Assembly (NCBI GenBank): GCA_964016885.1
Contig: OZ024745.1
Coordinates: 66,340,001 to 66,404,000 of the forward strand
DNA from: Eledone cirrhosa
Lineage: Eukaryota
Length of the DNA stretch: 64,000 bases
Reading direction: 5' to 3'
The notes below the pieces were generated by a model. It saw nothing but the letters and a program-made list of their open reading frames with translations, was not told the DNA's origin and made no database searches. Below are positions 49,741 through 62,220 of this stretch, one piece after another. The position numbers were made by a program, and so were the translations under genes. The first letter of the stretch is position 1, and each line of letters opens with the position of its first letter.

Positions 49741-50220
49741 TCATCATCATCATCAACGTTTAATGTCTATTTTCAATGCTAGCATGGAGTAGACAAGTTG
49801 TCTCATTTGAGGCAAATCAGGCCAGGTGACCATGTCTTGCTCAATCAGAACTCTTTCTGGTTTAGTTTATATGGCTGGATGCCCTTTTCCATGCCAACTC
49901 CATTTAAAGTGTGTGTTGGGAGCTTTTTGTCTTGACTTCCAAACAACCACTTTACAGTTTGGGCTGAGTGCTTTTTGTCATTACACCTACATGACCACTT
50001 TAATGTGTGGACTGGGTGCTTTTTGTAGTGATACCTACTTGACCACTTTATAGCGTATGTTGAATGCTTTTTGTCGTGACACCTACTTGACCACTTTATA
50101 GTGTGGGCTAGATGCTTTTTGCCCAGTCACTTACACGACCGATCACTTTATAAGAGTGGGCTGGATGATTTTTGTCCTGACACCTACATGACCACTTTAC
50201 AGTGTGGGCTGAGAGATTTT
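49741..50220 (-). mobile_element. RTE 3'UTR with an expanded ~45-bp tandem unit
   Basis: (CAT)n tail at 49741; ~6-7 imperfect copies of GTGCTTTTTGTCGTGACACCTACATGACCACTTTACAGTGTGGGCTG. Confidence 0.8.
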
Positions 50221-50399
50221 TATTTATAATTATTGTTTTTATTATTATTTTGGTTGCTCACTATGAATGGTCTTCTATATAGAAGATATTTTATTCCAAT
50301 ATTACCATGTGAAAAAATGTTTTTCCTACACTTCTTCCTCACATAAATGACCAACCTTTAACTATGGTAGTAGAAAAGTCCATCGTTTGGCAATTTTGA

Positions 50400-51010
50400 A
50401 GCTACATAATTTGTCAATAGATATATGATTCCATACACTGTAAGATGGCTATCTTAGAATTAGCAGGAAGTGATGCTTACCACTAGTGAAAATATGCCTC
50501 TAATATAAAATTAGAGGCATATTTCCATACCATTAGAGTCCAAACAGAAATGACACATTTCTGGAAGAGTTTCTACACCAACATAATCTTCTAGCCGGAA
50601 ATACCAGTTTCCAGAAACTGAAAATGGAAACTATGGACTTTGAGACAACCAGCTGGGCATCTTTCCCAAATTGATTTTATCATTTAGAGGAGACGATGAA
50701 GAAACAGTATTGATGGTTGTCAGGCCCATACTTCTTCTGCAGTTGTAGGGGGAGATCATAACATCATCACAGCCTTTGTTTATTAAATATAAGAAAACAA
50801 TATTCAATTATTGCTACCTCAATGACACAAGCCTGGACAGTGTGGGAGCTGCCAGTTACAAAGTGCCTCATTGGTCTCAGCACACGGAATAGATATTTGA
50901 CAGAGAGTAAGGGATACATGGTAAAATAACCATTCCAACTCCACTGATAGAAGTGAATAGGGAGGTAATACAGAGACCCAGAATTCTGGCAATCTCTAAC
51001 ACCACAGGTT
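50400..51010 (+). pseudogene. Old LINE APE-endonuclease remnant (RTE-like)
   Basis: PNRN..FLEEFLHQHNLLAGNTSFQK..LWTF..SQIDFII.RRR.RNSI..C.AH..GDHNII. Confidence 0.7.
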
Positions 51011-53309
51011 CATTGACAAATATTCTTAGCCTCTAAACCACCAATGTATGTATAACTAATATTACAACTAAAGATTTTATATTTTTCAGTAGAGGCAGTT
51101 ACATTGAGTTGGTGTTAGTATTTAGCTTACTAATTTGCTTATTAACAAGCCTTATATGTATTTTCTTTTTCTTTTTCTTATTATGAGTTTCCATTTTGTT
51201 TATGTATTAATTGGAGAAGTTTTATTCTTATATTGTATAAAATTTCTTTTCTTGCATCAAGGAAAATTGATGTAAAATGGAGATAATGATGATGATGATG
51301 ATGACAACACTACAGGAGGACAGCCAATCCTTACCTTAGATATTTTACCATTCCAATATTTCTATAGATTTATTTTTAGAAGCCTTCCAGGGTTTTTTTT
51401 ATGAAACCCCAAAATGCTTATGTCCCTAATTACATCAGAAATCATCAGAAAATAGATAACATTAGAACTGAATGTTAAAGTAATATCAGATAAGTGGGTG
51501 TTGTAGTTTGCTTGAAGTAAAATGTATGAAGTGAAGAAAATAGTTTTATTAGAAGGCTACAAGAATGGGAAATAGACAGTAATTGTGAATAATAATATGA
51601 TAATAAAGGTGCTGGGATGTTAGCTTGCAGTTGTTTATGAGGTCTTATATTTCTGGATAAAATCTGTTCATCAAATTCTTCAGTTAAACCTATCCAAAAG
51701 TGACTGTAACATAAGAACTATAAGTGTAATATATCCATTTAAAAAAATTCTCATAAAGTGGAAATTAAGAGGTCTTTAAAGGTTGGAATAAAGGAACATT
51801 AGAAAACCCTAATAAGAGAAGAAACAATTAAGTAAAGAATGACTGAATATATGGTGAGAGAGAACCATAGGTTTCCTTGTGCTTTATAAATTACAGAAAT
51901 TTTATTCTGGGATGACATTGCAGTAATTGATAGAGAATAACAGTGAAATGAAAAAACAAAAATATCAGTATACATAACATTTGATGATAACCCAAATCAG
52001 TAAATCCAGTTACAACATCAGCTGAATATGGCTGCCTATACTAAAGGATAAATACAGTAATATCAATTGTATATATTTGTTGCCAAGTAGATAAGAATGT
52101 TATAATGTTTAGAAATACAGCTGCCTAAATTAAATCTAGTTTGGTGCTTCATACACATCTAGGAATAAGAGATTTAATAATAACCAGGGTCCAAATCAAT
52201 CAAAATGTAGCATACAAGTTAATACTAAAATATTTTGCCTTTATAAAAGTGAGATTAATAGTCCAAATTTCTATAATCTTATAAACAATCTACTACTTGA
52301 ATAATGTTTGGGCAAAATTCTTTTCTGGCTGCAGGAAATATTTCTCAGAATATTTTTTCAGCAATTACCTGATAACTAACATCAATCTTATTTACTGATG
52401 TTCCAATGCTTCCATTCTTTCTTCCACCTCATTATTCTAATGTTATAATCTGCAGTTTGAAAATATCAATAGCTGAACCTTTCAACATACACTCCTCTCC
52501 TAAATGTCTCATATATGACTAACTCTGATGTATCTACCACTCGCTTTCTTGAAAAAATTATGATTATTACCCGCCCGTGTCTCTCCTTCTATAAACCCAT
52601 TACACATAATCCTTCATTCTTAGAACCACATAATATTTCAAGCACTAATACCACACTAAATTGTTGTTCTCTCTGACATTACATTTAAATGTAACTAATA
52701 CAGATGTGACAGTATGTCAGTGGTATTATTCTGTTATTTGGGGTCAATTAGTGCGAAGATAATCTGGGATAAGTTGGTAAATCATGCAAATCAGTATTAA
52801 TGGCTTTCTCTAGCTTTAGAATAAGAAGTCAAAGCAAGTAAGCACATCTATATTTTTTCAAAGGTTTTACCAAAAAATAACACTAAAAATGACATTAAAA
52901 AAATAACACTTTATTCCAATATCATGATTAGACATAAGATATGGAAGGGGGGTTATTAACACACCTATTTACAGGAAATGTTATTCTTAAGTTAGAGTTG
53001 TTCATTTACTATTTTTTCTTTCCATCAGTATTAATAGCCTTATCTCCAATTTTTGTTTTTCTCAGTAGACAGCTTTACTTGTGCTAACAAAAGTGACAAG
53101 TTTGTGAATTACTTCTATTGTAGTTGGAACTACAAACTGAAATAAGGAGAACACCTCTCTCTAATTCTTAATGTTTTTTAATGGCAGCTTTTATAGAAAT
53201 CTACTGCCAATATTTGATATATGAGGTTCTTTATAGTTGAAACTAAATAGTAAAGGAAGTAAAATAACTTTATACAGAATTATTTGATAAATAGCTCCAA
53301 AACAATTAT

Positions 53310-53403
53310 GACTTTGCCTTTCATCCTTACGGGGTCGATAAAATAAAGTACCAGTAATGCACTGGGCAATTGCTGGCCTTGTGCCTAAAGTAGAAACAAT
53401 TAT
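53310..53403 (+). mobile_element. 5'-truncated SINE family B
   Basis: Core plus tail; AAACAATTAT occurs at both 53300-53309 and 53394-53403 (TSD-like). Confidence 0.85.
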
Positions 53404-54828
53404 ATGTTTTACTCATATATGATACATAATTTCCAATGTACCATTGTATTGTTTCTTAGGGTAGAGAATAACTCATTACTCATCTAAGTTTAGAGTATCT
53501 ACTATTCTTCTATGACTGAATGGTGAACATTATCTGATGAAATGCAGCCATAAAATATCTGTTCAGTCGAAATACTCCCCTTATAAAAAGCAATTATTTT
53601 TAATAGAACCTTCAATGGGTTTTAATGTGTCTTCATAGTTAATACCCTGGCATGTTGCCATTATACTGCTAGATGTTCACTGATTTGCATATTTTTTAAG
53701 CATAGCAACAAAAACAAATTCTGCTAACACAGTCACATATTGTTGGAAACAGATAGAAATAATAAATGACTTTATGTTTGATGCTGTCATAATTAAATGG
53801 GAAGATACTTTCCCAATTTATAAAGATGATATGAAACAAATATGTTTGCAAATTTGCTTTGACTTAAGCCATTGTATTGTGCCTTTGAACATGACATAAT
53901 AACGTTTCTTGATTCAGTTTGATCAACTGATCAAATAGATTTGTTTCTGTGAGAATTTTTTGTTAGAACAAGATGAACATCTACTTGTGAACAAAAACAT
54001 TCCTAACATAGAAAATAACGCATCCTCTTCATCTACTAACCCATGGTGCATAAATAGCACCTCTTAAGCCTCTGGAGATTTTTAGTTATGTTAATGGTCT
54101 TCCCTATTTTTTCTAATACTACAGACACTGTGCAAGGTCTCCTACACACTTTTCATAGAATAATTTAACCAACTTCAAGATAGTGGGGGAGAAGAGAAGC
54201 ATAGCCATGGTTTGAATTCTTTTGAAAAATGGGTTTATTTGTTAAGGGTTGAGCAGCAACTATATAACAGAACCAAAAACTATTACAATCATCAATAACA
54301 GTAATGATAATGTAACAAGGGAACAGATATGTGTTTTCTCAATCTGCTAGATATAACAACCAAATGCCTGTAACTCTCACCCTACAATCATATAAAACCT
54401 CACATAAGACATACTATCAATAGATTACATCTGCACATATCAGGTTGAATACAATATGGTTACTTACATGTATCTACACAGTGGAATTCAAATCCCTTCC
54501 ATGTTGGTTTGTAAGCTATAACAGGATTTGAACTCAGAATACAAAATCCTGGCAATTTCAATTATGCACACTGTAAAGTGGTCATGTAATTGTCATGGGG
54601 AAAAGCAGCCAGTTCACACTGTAAATGTGGTTGGCGTTAAAAAGCGCATCCAGCTGTAGAAACTAAGCAAGAGACATTTCTGTATGAGTAAGACACGGTC
54701 ATCTGATCTGGCTTGTCTCACTCTAGGACAAATCATCTAATCCATGCTAGTGTGGAAAAATGGACTTTAAACACTAATGATATATATATATATATAATAT
54801 GTATATATATATAATATATATATAATAT

Positions 54829-55158
54829 GGAGGCACATGGCTTAGTGGTTAGAGCATTGGCCTAGCAATCGAAAGATTGTGAGTTCAATTCTCAGACCGG
54901 GTGATGTGTTGTTTCCTTGAGCAAGACACTTTATTTTACATTGCTCCAGCTGTAGAAATGAGATGATAGGGACTGGGGTCTCTATCATTCCACTGCAAAG
55001 TGGACGTGGAGGTGCCACGGAAAAAAAAAAAGCACCCAGCACTCACTGTAAATGAGATTGGTGTTAGGAAGGGCATCCAGCTGTAGAAATCAAGCCAGAA
55101 TCAGTTCCCGTCCCACCCTTGCAAGCAGGGAAAAAGCGGACGTAATATGATGATGATG
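54829..55158 (+). mobile_element. SINE family A, full length
   Basis: A box TGGCTTAGTGG, B box GAGTTCAATTCTC, CCTTGAGCAAGACACTT central motif, RTE tail, (GAT)n; preceded by an older RTE tail at 54565-54780. Confidence 0.92.
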
Positions 55159-55261
55159 TAGATTACCAATATAATGAGTAACGTTTTTAACTGTGGTACC
55201 CCCCCCCCCCCTGGTAAAGTAAATGCCTCTTTATTAAATATAGAAATGCTTTCTTCAGCAC

Positions 55262-55330
55262 TAGAAGTGTTTCATTCATATAAAACCATCAGGAATGTCC
55301 TGATGATTTCATATGAATGAAACAGTTCTA
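55262..55330. repeat. 33-bp-arm inverted repeat with 3-nt loop
   Basis: TAGAAGTGTTTCATTCATATAAAACCATCAGGA-atg-TCCTGATGATTTCATATGAATGAAACAGTTCTA (3 mismatches). Confidence 0.88.
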
Positions 55331-55360
55331 ATCCTGTAGAAATCATTTATATATATATAT

Positions 55361-57480
55361 ATCATCATCACCGTTTTATGTCCGTTCTTCCACGCTAGCA
55401 TGGGTCAGACGGGTTCTCCTGTTGTGGGCAGTGTCCAGTTGGCTGACCTTGTCTTGCTCATACAGGAACTGATTCTGGCTTGATTTCTACAGCTGGATGC
55501 CCTTCCTAACACCAACCTCATTTACAGTGAGTGCTGGGTGCTTTTTTTTCTGTGGCGCCTACATGTCCACTTTATAGTGTGGGCTGAGTGATTTTTTGCC
55601 GTTGCACCTCCACGATCACTTTCCAGTGGGGTGGAGGGGCATATTGTCTATATGCTTCAGCTTTGGCTTGTTCCTGTGGGGTGGGGGGCAGGTCTTCTGT
55701 ATTACTGCGTGACACCAGAGGTCATGGTCGTGTGTCATTGCCCTTGAAAGGCGCAATTGGGTAAGGTCAGCCTTTATCACCTCATCCCAGGTCTTCTTGT
55801 GTCTCCCCCCTCAGCGGCTTCCATCGATTTCTAGTGCTCTCATCCTTCATATGCATCACATATCCATACAAACATAACCTCCTCTCCTGCACACCCCATT
55901 TGATTCCTCTTATGCTCAGTCTCTTTCTCAATTCATTTATATTTTGCCGTTTTCGTATATAATTATTACACATCCATCGGAGCATACAAGCTTTGTTTCT
56001 TTCTAATCTGTGCAAGTCTTCTCCAGACAGCGCCTAGGTTTCACTTCCATGTAACATTGCTGTTCGTATACATGCATCATACAGTCTGCCTTTCATTTTG
56101 AGGGAAAAGCCTTTTGCAGCTAGCAGTGGCTCCCTGAACTTCTTCCATCCCATTCTTACCCTAGTTATTGTACTTTCCGAACACCCATCTCCGCTGCTAA
56201 TTCGGTCACCTAGGTAGCAGAAGCTGTCTACTATTTCTACAGAGCCCTCCCAGAATTTGGTGGTACTTGTTTCCTGTGGTCATTTGCTGCCTGCTGTCCC
56301 AGCACAGCTGCTACATGTGAAGCCTACATTCTTAGTTAAAATTCCTGAATCACTTGTGTACCCATTGTTTGCATTTGGGGGAGAGGATGGAGTTCCTACC
56401 TACACCTTTCCTACATACTGAGCAAGGCCATTTCCCTGAGGGGATCTGGGTTCTGTTTTCTTGTCTACTTACAAGAACCTTAGTCTTTGTCAGGTTGACT
56501 TTGAGAACCTCTCTAGTCCCTGCTTCCATGTTTGGAATTTCTTCTCTAGTTCCACCATGGATTCAGCTATAAGTGCGAGATCATCCGCATATAGGAGTTT
56601 CCATCGGCCTCCTCCGTTATTGCCTGCAAAACTATAATGAGCAGGAGAGGGCTAAGAACAGAGCCCTGGTGGACACCAACCTGTATGCTAAATTCCTCGC
56701 TATAGTCATTGGTAACTGCTCCTCTATACATGGCTTGTACAGCTTTCACAAGCCAGTCATCTACTCATAATTTTCTAAGTGCTCACCAGATTATAGCTCG
56801 GGGGACTCTGTCGAAGGCTTTTTCCAGATCGACGAATGCCAGGTAGAGCGGCTAACTTTTAGCTAGGTACTTTTTCTGTAACTGCCTCACAAGGAAGAGG
56901 GCATCAGCGGTGCCTTTTCCTGGTACAAACCCAAATTGCATCTCATCTAGTTTCACCCGGTCCCTAATCCACTGTGCTATAACTCTTTCCATTACTTTCA
57001 TGACCTGGTCCATCAGCTTTATATCTCTATAGTTTCCTATATCTAGTGCATCACCTTTACCTTTGTAGCAGTTGAAATGATGCTACTGCACCAATCCTTT
57101 GGTATGATACCCTCTAGTATTACCTGGTTAACAATTTGTGTGGTTATGGTGTGACTTACCGACCCAGATGCCTTCAGCATCTCAGCAGCTATACCCGATG
57201 GACCGGTTGCCTATCCCGTCTTCATATCTTTGATTGCCTTACTTACTATGCTGCTGCTGACTTGTACTGTTGGCCCCTCTATAGGGTCCGCTTGGGGTAG
57301 GGTCTCTTTTTCCCATGCATTCTCCTCGTTTACTAATCTTTCATAATGACTCTTCCACACATCTTTCTTCTCAGCACTTGTGAGGGCAAGCTCACCATTA
57401 TCATTCCGGATACACTTCTCTCCAATGACATCACAATTCTCTCTGACACACTGCCTCACTATCTTGAACACCTCCTGAAC
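55361..57480 (-). mobile_element. 5'-truncated degenerate RTE LINE (same subfamily as 22732-24252)
   Basis: Colinear homology including GVHQGSVLSPLL, PHD-like finger and 3'UTR; (GAT)n tail next to (TA)n. Confidence 0.92.
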
Positions 57481-58515
57481 ATCATCATCATCATCATCAT
57501 CATCATCAGGTTTAGCGTCCGTGTTCCACGCTTGCATGGGTTTGGACGGGGGTTTTCCCACTTGAGGCAAGAGTGGTTGTCTTGCTCGCATAGGACTGTC
57601 TGGCGGGTTTTCTACAGCTGGATGCCCTTCCTAACACCAACCACATTTACAGTGTGGGGCTGGGAGGTTTTTACCGTGTTGCCTACACGGCCACATTACA
57701 GCGTGGACTGTCTGGCGGGTTTTCTACAGCTGGATGCCCTTCCTAACACCAACCACATTTACAGTGTGGGGCTGGGAGGTTTTTACCGTGTTGCCTACAC
57801 GGCCACATTTACAGCGTGGACTGTGTGTTTTTTTGTCGTGACACCTACACGATCTCATTTGTTTTGGCCTGGATGTTGTGGGACCAACATAACTTTACAT
57901 TGAAAGGGGCGGTGTGGATGGGGTGGAGGTGGTGGGACGGGGGTGTGTTTTGATAGAGATGCCTATTGACTGTAGTAGGTTTTTACTTTGTATTTAGGTA
58001 AGGTGGGTCTTCTCTATTACTGAGTACCGCCAAAGGTCTCGGTCCAGTGACATTGTCTTGGAGAGGTGTAAGCGTGTGAGGTCGGAATTTATCATGTCGT
58101 CCCAAGTTTTTCTAGGTCTGCCTACTCCGTGGCTACCGTCTATCTTTATTGCCCTGCACTTTGTTATACAGCTGTCGTCTTTCATGCGCATCACGTGACC
58201 GTACCAACGTAGCCTTCTCTCGAGTAAACAACATCTGATCCCTCTTATTTCTAATTTTTTCCTTAGTTTGTTTATGCTTTGCCGTTCACGTATATTACTA
58301 TTGCACATCCAGCGGAGCATGCAAGCTTCGTTCCTCTCTAGTCTGCGTATATCCTCTGCACACAATGCCCAGGTCTCACTGCCATGCAGCATTGCTGTTC
58401 GTATGCAGGCATCATATAACCTGCCTTTCATTTTTAGGGAGAACCCTCTAGCGGCTAATAGTGGTATAAGCTCTCTGAACTTTTTCCATCCAGTTCTGAC
58501 TCTAGCTACTGTACT
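57481..58515 (-). mobile_element. RTE LINE 3' fragment (subfamily of 16890-20530) with a ~114-bp tandem duplication in the 3'UTR
   Basis: ORF 57994-58515 TVARVRTGWKKFREL..GRPRKTW; ~57595-57708 is repeated at ~57709-57820; 5' end abuts (GA)n. Confidence 0.92.
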
Positions 58516-58562
<47 letters not shown>

Positions 58563-58737
58563 TTGAAATCAATGGATCTTTACCACCAATAAAGACAAAG
58601 TGTTTTAATTGTTAAGTTAAGATACTTCCTGCTAGTTTAAAGGAAAATGATAAAATTCTGTTTCTACACAAGGTTATTTTATTGTACCTTTAGCTATTAT
58701 TGTCAGCCATAATACAATTTTAGTTGTGCTTTACATT

Positions 58738-59081
58738 TCATCATCATCATCATTTCATTTTACGTCCGCTTTTTCCCTGCTTGCAAGGGTGGGACGGGAA
58801 CTGATTCTGGCTTGATTTCTACAGCTGGATGCCCTTCCTAACACCAACCTCATTTACAGTGAGTGCTGGGTGCTTTTTTGCCGTGGCACCTCCATGACCA
58901 CTTTGCAGTGGAATGATAGGGACCCCAGTCCCTATCATCTCATTTCTACAGCTGAGTAAACTGGAGCAATGTGAAATAAAGTGTCTTGCTCAAGGAAACA
59001 ACACATCACCTGGTCTGAGATTTGAACTCACAACCTTTCGATTGCAAGGCCAATGCTCTAACCACTAAGCCATGTGCCTCC
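58738..59081 (-). mobile_element. SINE family A, full length, with probable TSD TTTACAT
   Basis: Head and tail complete; TTTACAT at 58730-58736 and 59083-59089. Confidence 0.92.
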
Positions 59082-59186
59082 ATTTACATACATGAAATTT
59101 CCTTAAGATTAAAATACATTACACATTTGTATAAAATTTTGAACATTGGTTTATTCATTATATATGATTCACTTGATCTAACATTA

Positions 59187-59375
59187 TAATTGTTTCTACA
59201 TTTGGCATGAGGCCAGCAATTATTCCAGTATATTACTGGTGTTTTATTTTATCGACCCTGTAAGGATGAAAGGCAAAGTTAACCTCAGCAGGATTTGAAC
59301 TCAGACCATAAAGAGCCGTAACTCTTTATGGCAAAGCATCGCATCAGACCCTCTACCAATACTGAAAATCCACTG
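59187..59375 (-). mobile_element. SINE family B
   Basis: Same core and tail as the other copies. Confidence 0.85.
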
Positions 59376-61022
59376 AAAAGGAAGTTGAATGTTTAGTTGT
59401 GTGTTAATAGCAGGTGTTTGCTCAACTGTCACCTGTATGTCACCATAAATGTTTTATCCAAGCCAACAAATAACATTTCTATGTAAAGCTTTGGGAGGAG
59501 ATTTATTACAATGAAACTTTATCAATAAAAGAAATGACTCAAGAAACATAGGCTCTGTAAAGGTTTAAAGAGATAAAATGAATGCAAGTTATGTAAGCTA
59601 CTGGACATTAGAGATCTGATCATTGTTGTGAGAAAGAAAACAGCAGTGGTACAATCAGAGGTAAATTTAGGTAAAATATATAATTTTAGAAATCAGTTAG
59701 AAACAAAATGATTGGATTCAAAATTTGAAATGTAATTGTTGGATGAAATATAATAAAATACTATTATTTGAACAGAAAATGAGTATTTGAAATGCCTATA
59801 AATCCTTTCAAATAATGACAACCTATGAATCTGCTTATCTTCAGATTTCATTAGATGAAATAAAGTAAGCATAAAACTTTATGCTGGATATTCTCAAGCA
59901 AGTCATTGAATTTAAAACTACAATCAAATGAAGAACAAGTATATGGACTTAACTAGGGTTGTCCAGTAACCTATTTATTGAATCAACATTTAGCACTCAC
60001 AAATCTTTAAAAGAGAAATTTTAAAATAGAGTTTAAAATAATATTGATGATGAAACGTTTTTCTTATCCTACATACATAAAACGACAAAAGAAGTGTCAA
60101 TAAATTGCTATTTATAAAACAATGTTTTTATATAAATCAATCAAAATTTCAGGATAATTTACAGAACACGAGATCAAATTTAGTATAATCAATTTATCTT
60201 AATCTGACTTACAACTGCCACTTGCATTACAAGAAGGGTGAAAGAAAAAATAGATAACAATCAAAATCAAAATATAAATACGTTTACTCAGGTAACATAA
60301 ATTATCATCTGGCCTTTCATAAGTTTGCACCATAGCCGTAGGCAGCTTAGCTCATTTTTGGGTAGCAGATTTTGCACCAACAAAACTATTTACAGAGACT
60401 CTTGTGAAATATACAATAACATAAAAGAGCAAATTCACATCAATGTATCTGGGTTTTTATATATATATTCTGTTTTACTTTTACAATTGTACTCAGGAAC
60501 TGAATGGTAGATGTTCTGCTAGTTTTCCTAGAATAACTTGCTGCTCATGAATATTGAGATATGAATGCTCGAACATATGAATTTTACGTCTTTCGAATAT
60601 ATCTCAAAACCTTTCTTTAATTATTTCTGAGTAAAATTTAATGAATTACATTCAAAAATTCAATTTACATATTTATTTTATATATACAATAACAGAAACA
60701 CACAACAGCTATAAATTCAGGTTTGGTTTTGTGTTTCATCTAATACTCCTTTAGACAGCTTTTGGCTTATGTCAGATGCTGTGACCTCAGATGGACCAGC
60801 AGTACCATTGCTAGGGGTCAAAACTACCTAAGCCCATCTGATCGGCCAATTACCATGGAGTTCTATGTCTTTCGTTTGTATATTTATTTTTTTAAATGAT
60901 TTTCTTAAGGTTTCCCCTTAAGAAATTGTTTTTAGTTTTGTTTTCTTTGTGTTCATTGTCTTGTCCTTTCTTTGTTAATTTTCTTCAATTTATATATATA
61001 TATATATAATTACATAATAAAT

Positions 61023-61254
61023 AATATAATTATTTCATTACCGAGGGTGTCAAGAAACTAGATGATTCTTGCAGAAACATGTAGCTCATTCGTCAGACAA
61101 CAATTATGTTTTGGATATAAATTTTGAAAATGATATAGATATAATTTTCAAAATTTATATCCAAAACATAATTGTTTTGTGTGATGAACAAGCTAGGTGT
61201 TTCTGCAAGAATCATTTAGTTTCTTGAAACACTCGGTAATGAAATAATTATATT
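61023..61254. mobile_element. ~230-bp palindromic foldback element (MITE-like)
   Basis: Arms AATATAATTATTTCATTACCGAG.. and ..CTCGGTAATGAAATAATTATATT pair almost to the centre (~61138). Confidence 0.85.
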
Positions 61255-61369
61255 GAGTTGTTTATTATCTAATTAAATAGCGCTATATAATACATAGAGC
61301 ACTCAACTTTCCTTTATTACCTTTTTTACAGAAATACTTAACACACACACATATATATGTATATATATA

Positions 61370-61404
<35 letters not shown>

Positions 61405-61407
61405 TTA

Positions 61408-62014
61408 TGTCAGGTCACCAGTTGGTGCTACTGGTAACATGTATCCCAGTACAACCTGTCTCATGGTCGGGTCGTTGGCGACTAAACTGGCAACCCCACC
61501 AAGGTTTCTTGGTGAGGAGGGTGACTTTGGACATCCTGCAGGAGTAAAAACAAAACCTGTCAAAGGGCAAAGGAGCTCTTAAGAGTCAATGGCCATCCAA
61601 AATCACCGGGAGAGATGACCCCTTAGCCTTTGTCAAGGCAGAATTCTAGGAGAAGGAAAACTCTGATATAACACCTGCAACCCTGATGGTATCCAATGAT
61701 GTTGACTTGTTCTTCTTTTTGGTAAATATCATCTTGGTTAAGAGAGTGGGACTGGCTTTGTGCAGTGCCTTTGCTCACTATAAAAGCTTCACGGCACAGG
61801 CATTGCTTTATATCTGGAGATCTCTCTGCACTTGTCGTCACATGGTACCATGGGCCCAACACTATGTGTCAATAATTGTCACAGGTGTAGTGTTTGTACC
61901 AGAGTTTTCAAGTCGCTGGCTGGACTAAAAAGTCACACTCGTTCAGCGCATCAGTAGGGGTTCTCCTACATGGATATAAAGTAGTGGCCGTACTCGAAAA
62001 CGAGTTGGCAGCCA

Positions 62015-62017
<3 letters not shown>
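61408..62017 (+). mobile_element. Bipartite non-autonomous RTE/BovB-like element (5'UTR joined to ORF C-terminal C2H2 finger and tail)
   Basis: RTE 5'UTR-type motif CTAGGAGAAGGAAAACTCTG; C-terminal CSVCTRVFKSLAGLKSHTRSAH*; tail hairpin CTCG-AAAA-CGAG; (TA)n on both sides. Confidence 0.7.
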
Positions 62018-62055
<38 letters not shown>

Positions 62056-62220
62056 GGAATTTGAAATTAACTGATAACATTTGAGCCATGATTAATTCAA
62101 TTTATTATATAGTCTTGGAACACCAATTCTTGGACAGAGTAAACTTTGAAATAATTAAAGTGGTTCGTATATTTATCTTCACTCTGAAACACTTCAAAAA
62201 CTTTGCATGTTGGAAAAATG

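Noticed and set aside
53510-53575. CTGATGA and GAAA motifs near a GACTGAA/TTCAGTC stem
   Set aside because: The CTGATGA lies inside the stem loop rather than 5' of it, so hammerhead topology is not satisfied.
54829-54900. tRNA gene-like sequence
   Set aside because: A and B boxes are present, but it continues into a SINE body and RTE tail in multiple copies; it is a SINE head, not a tRNA gene.
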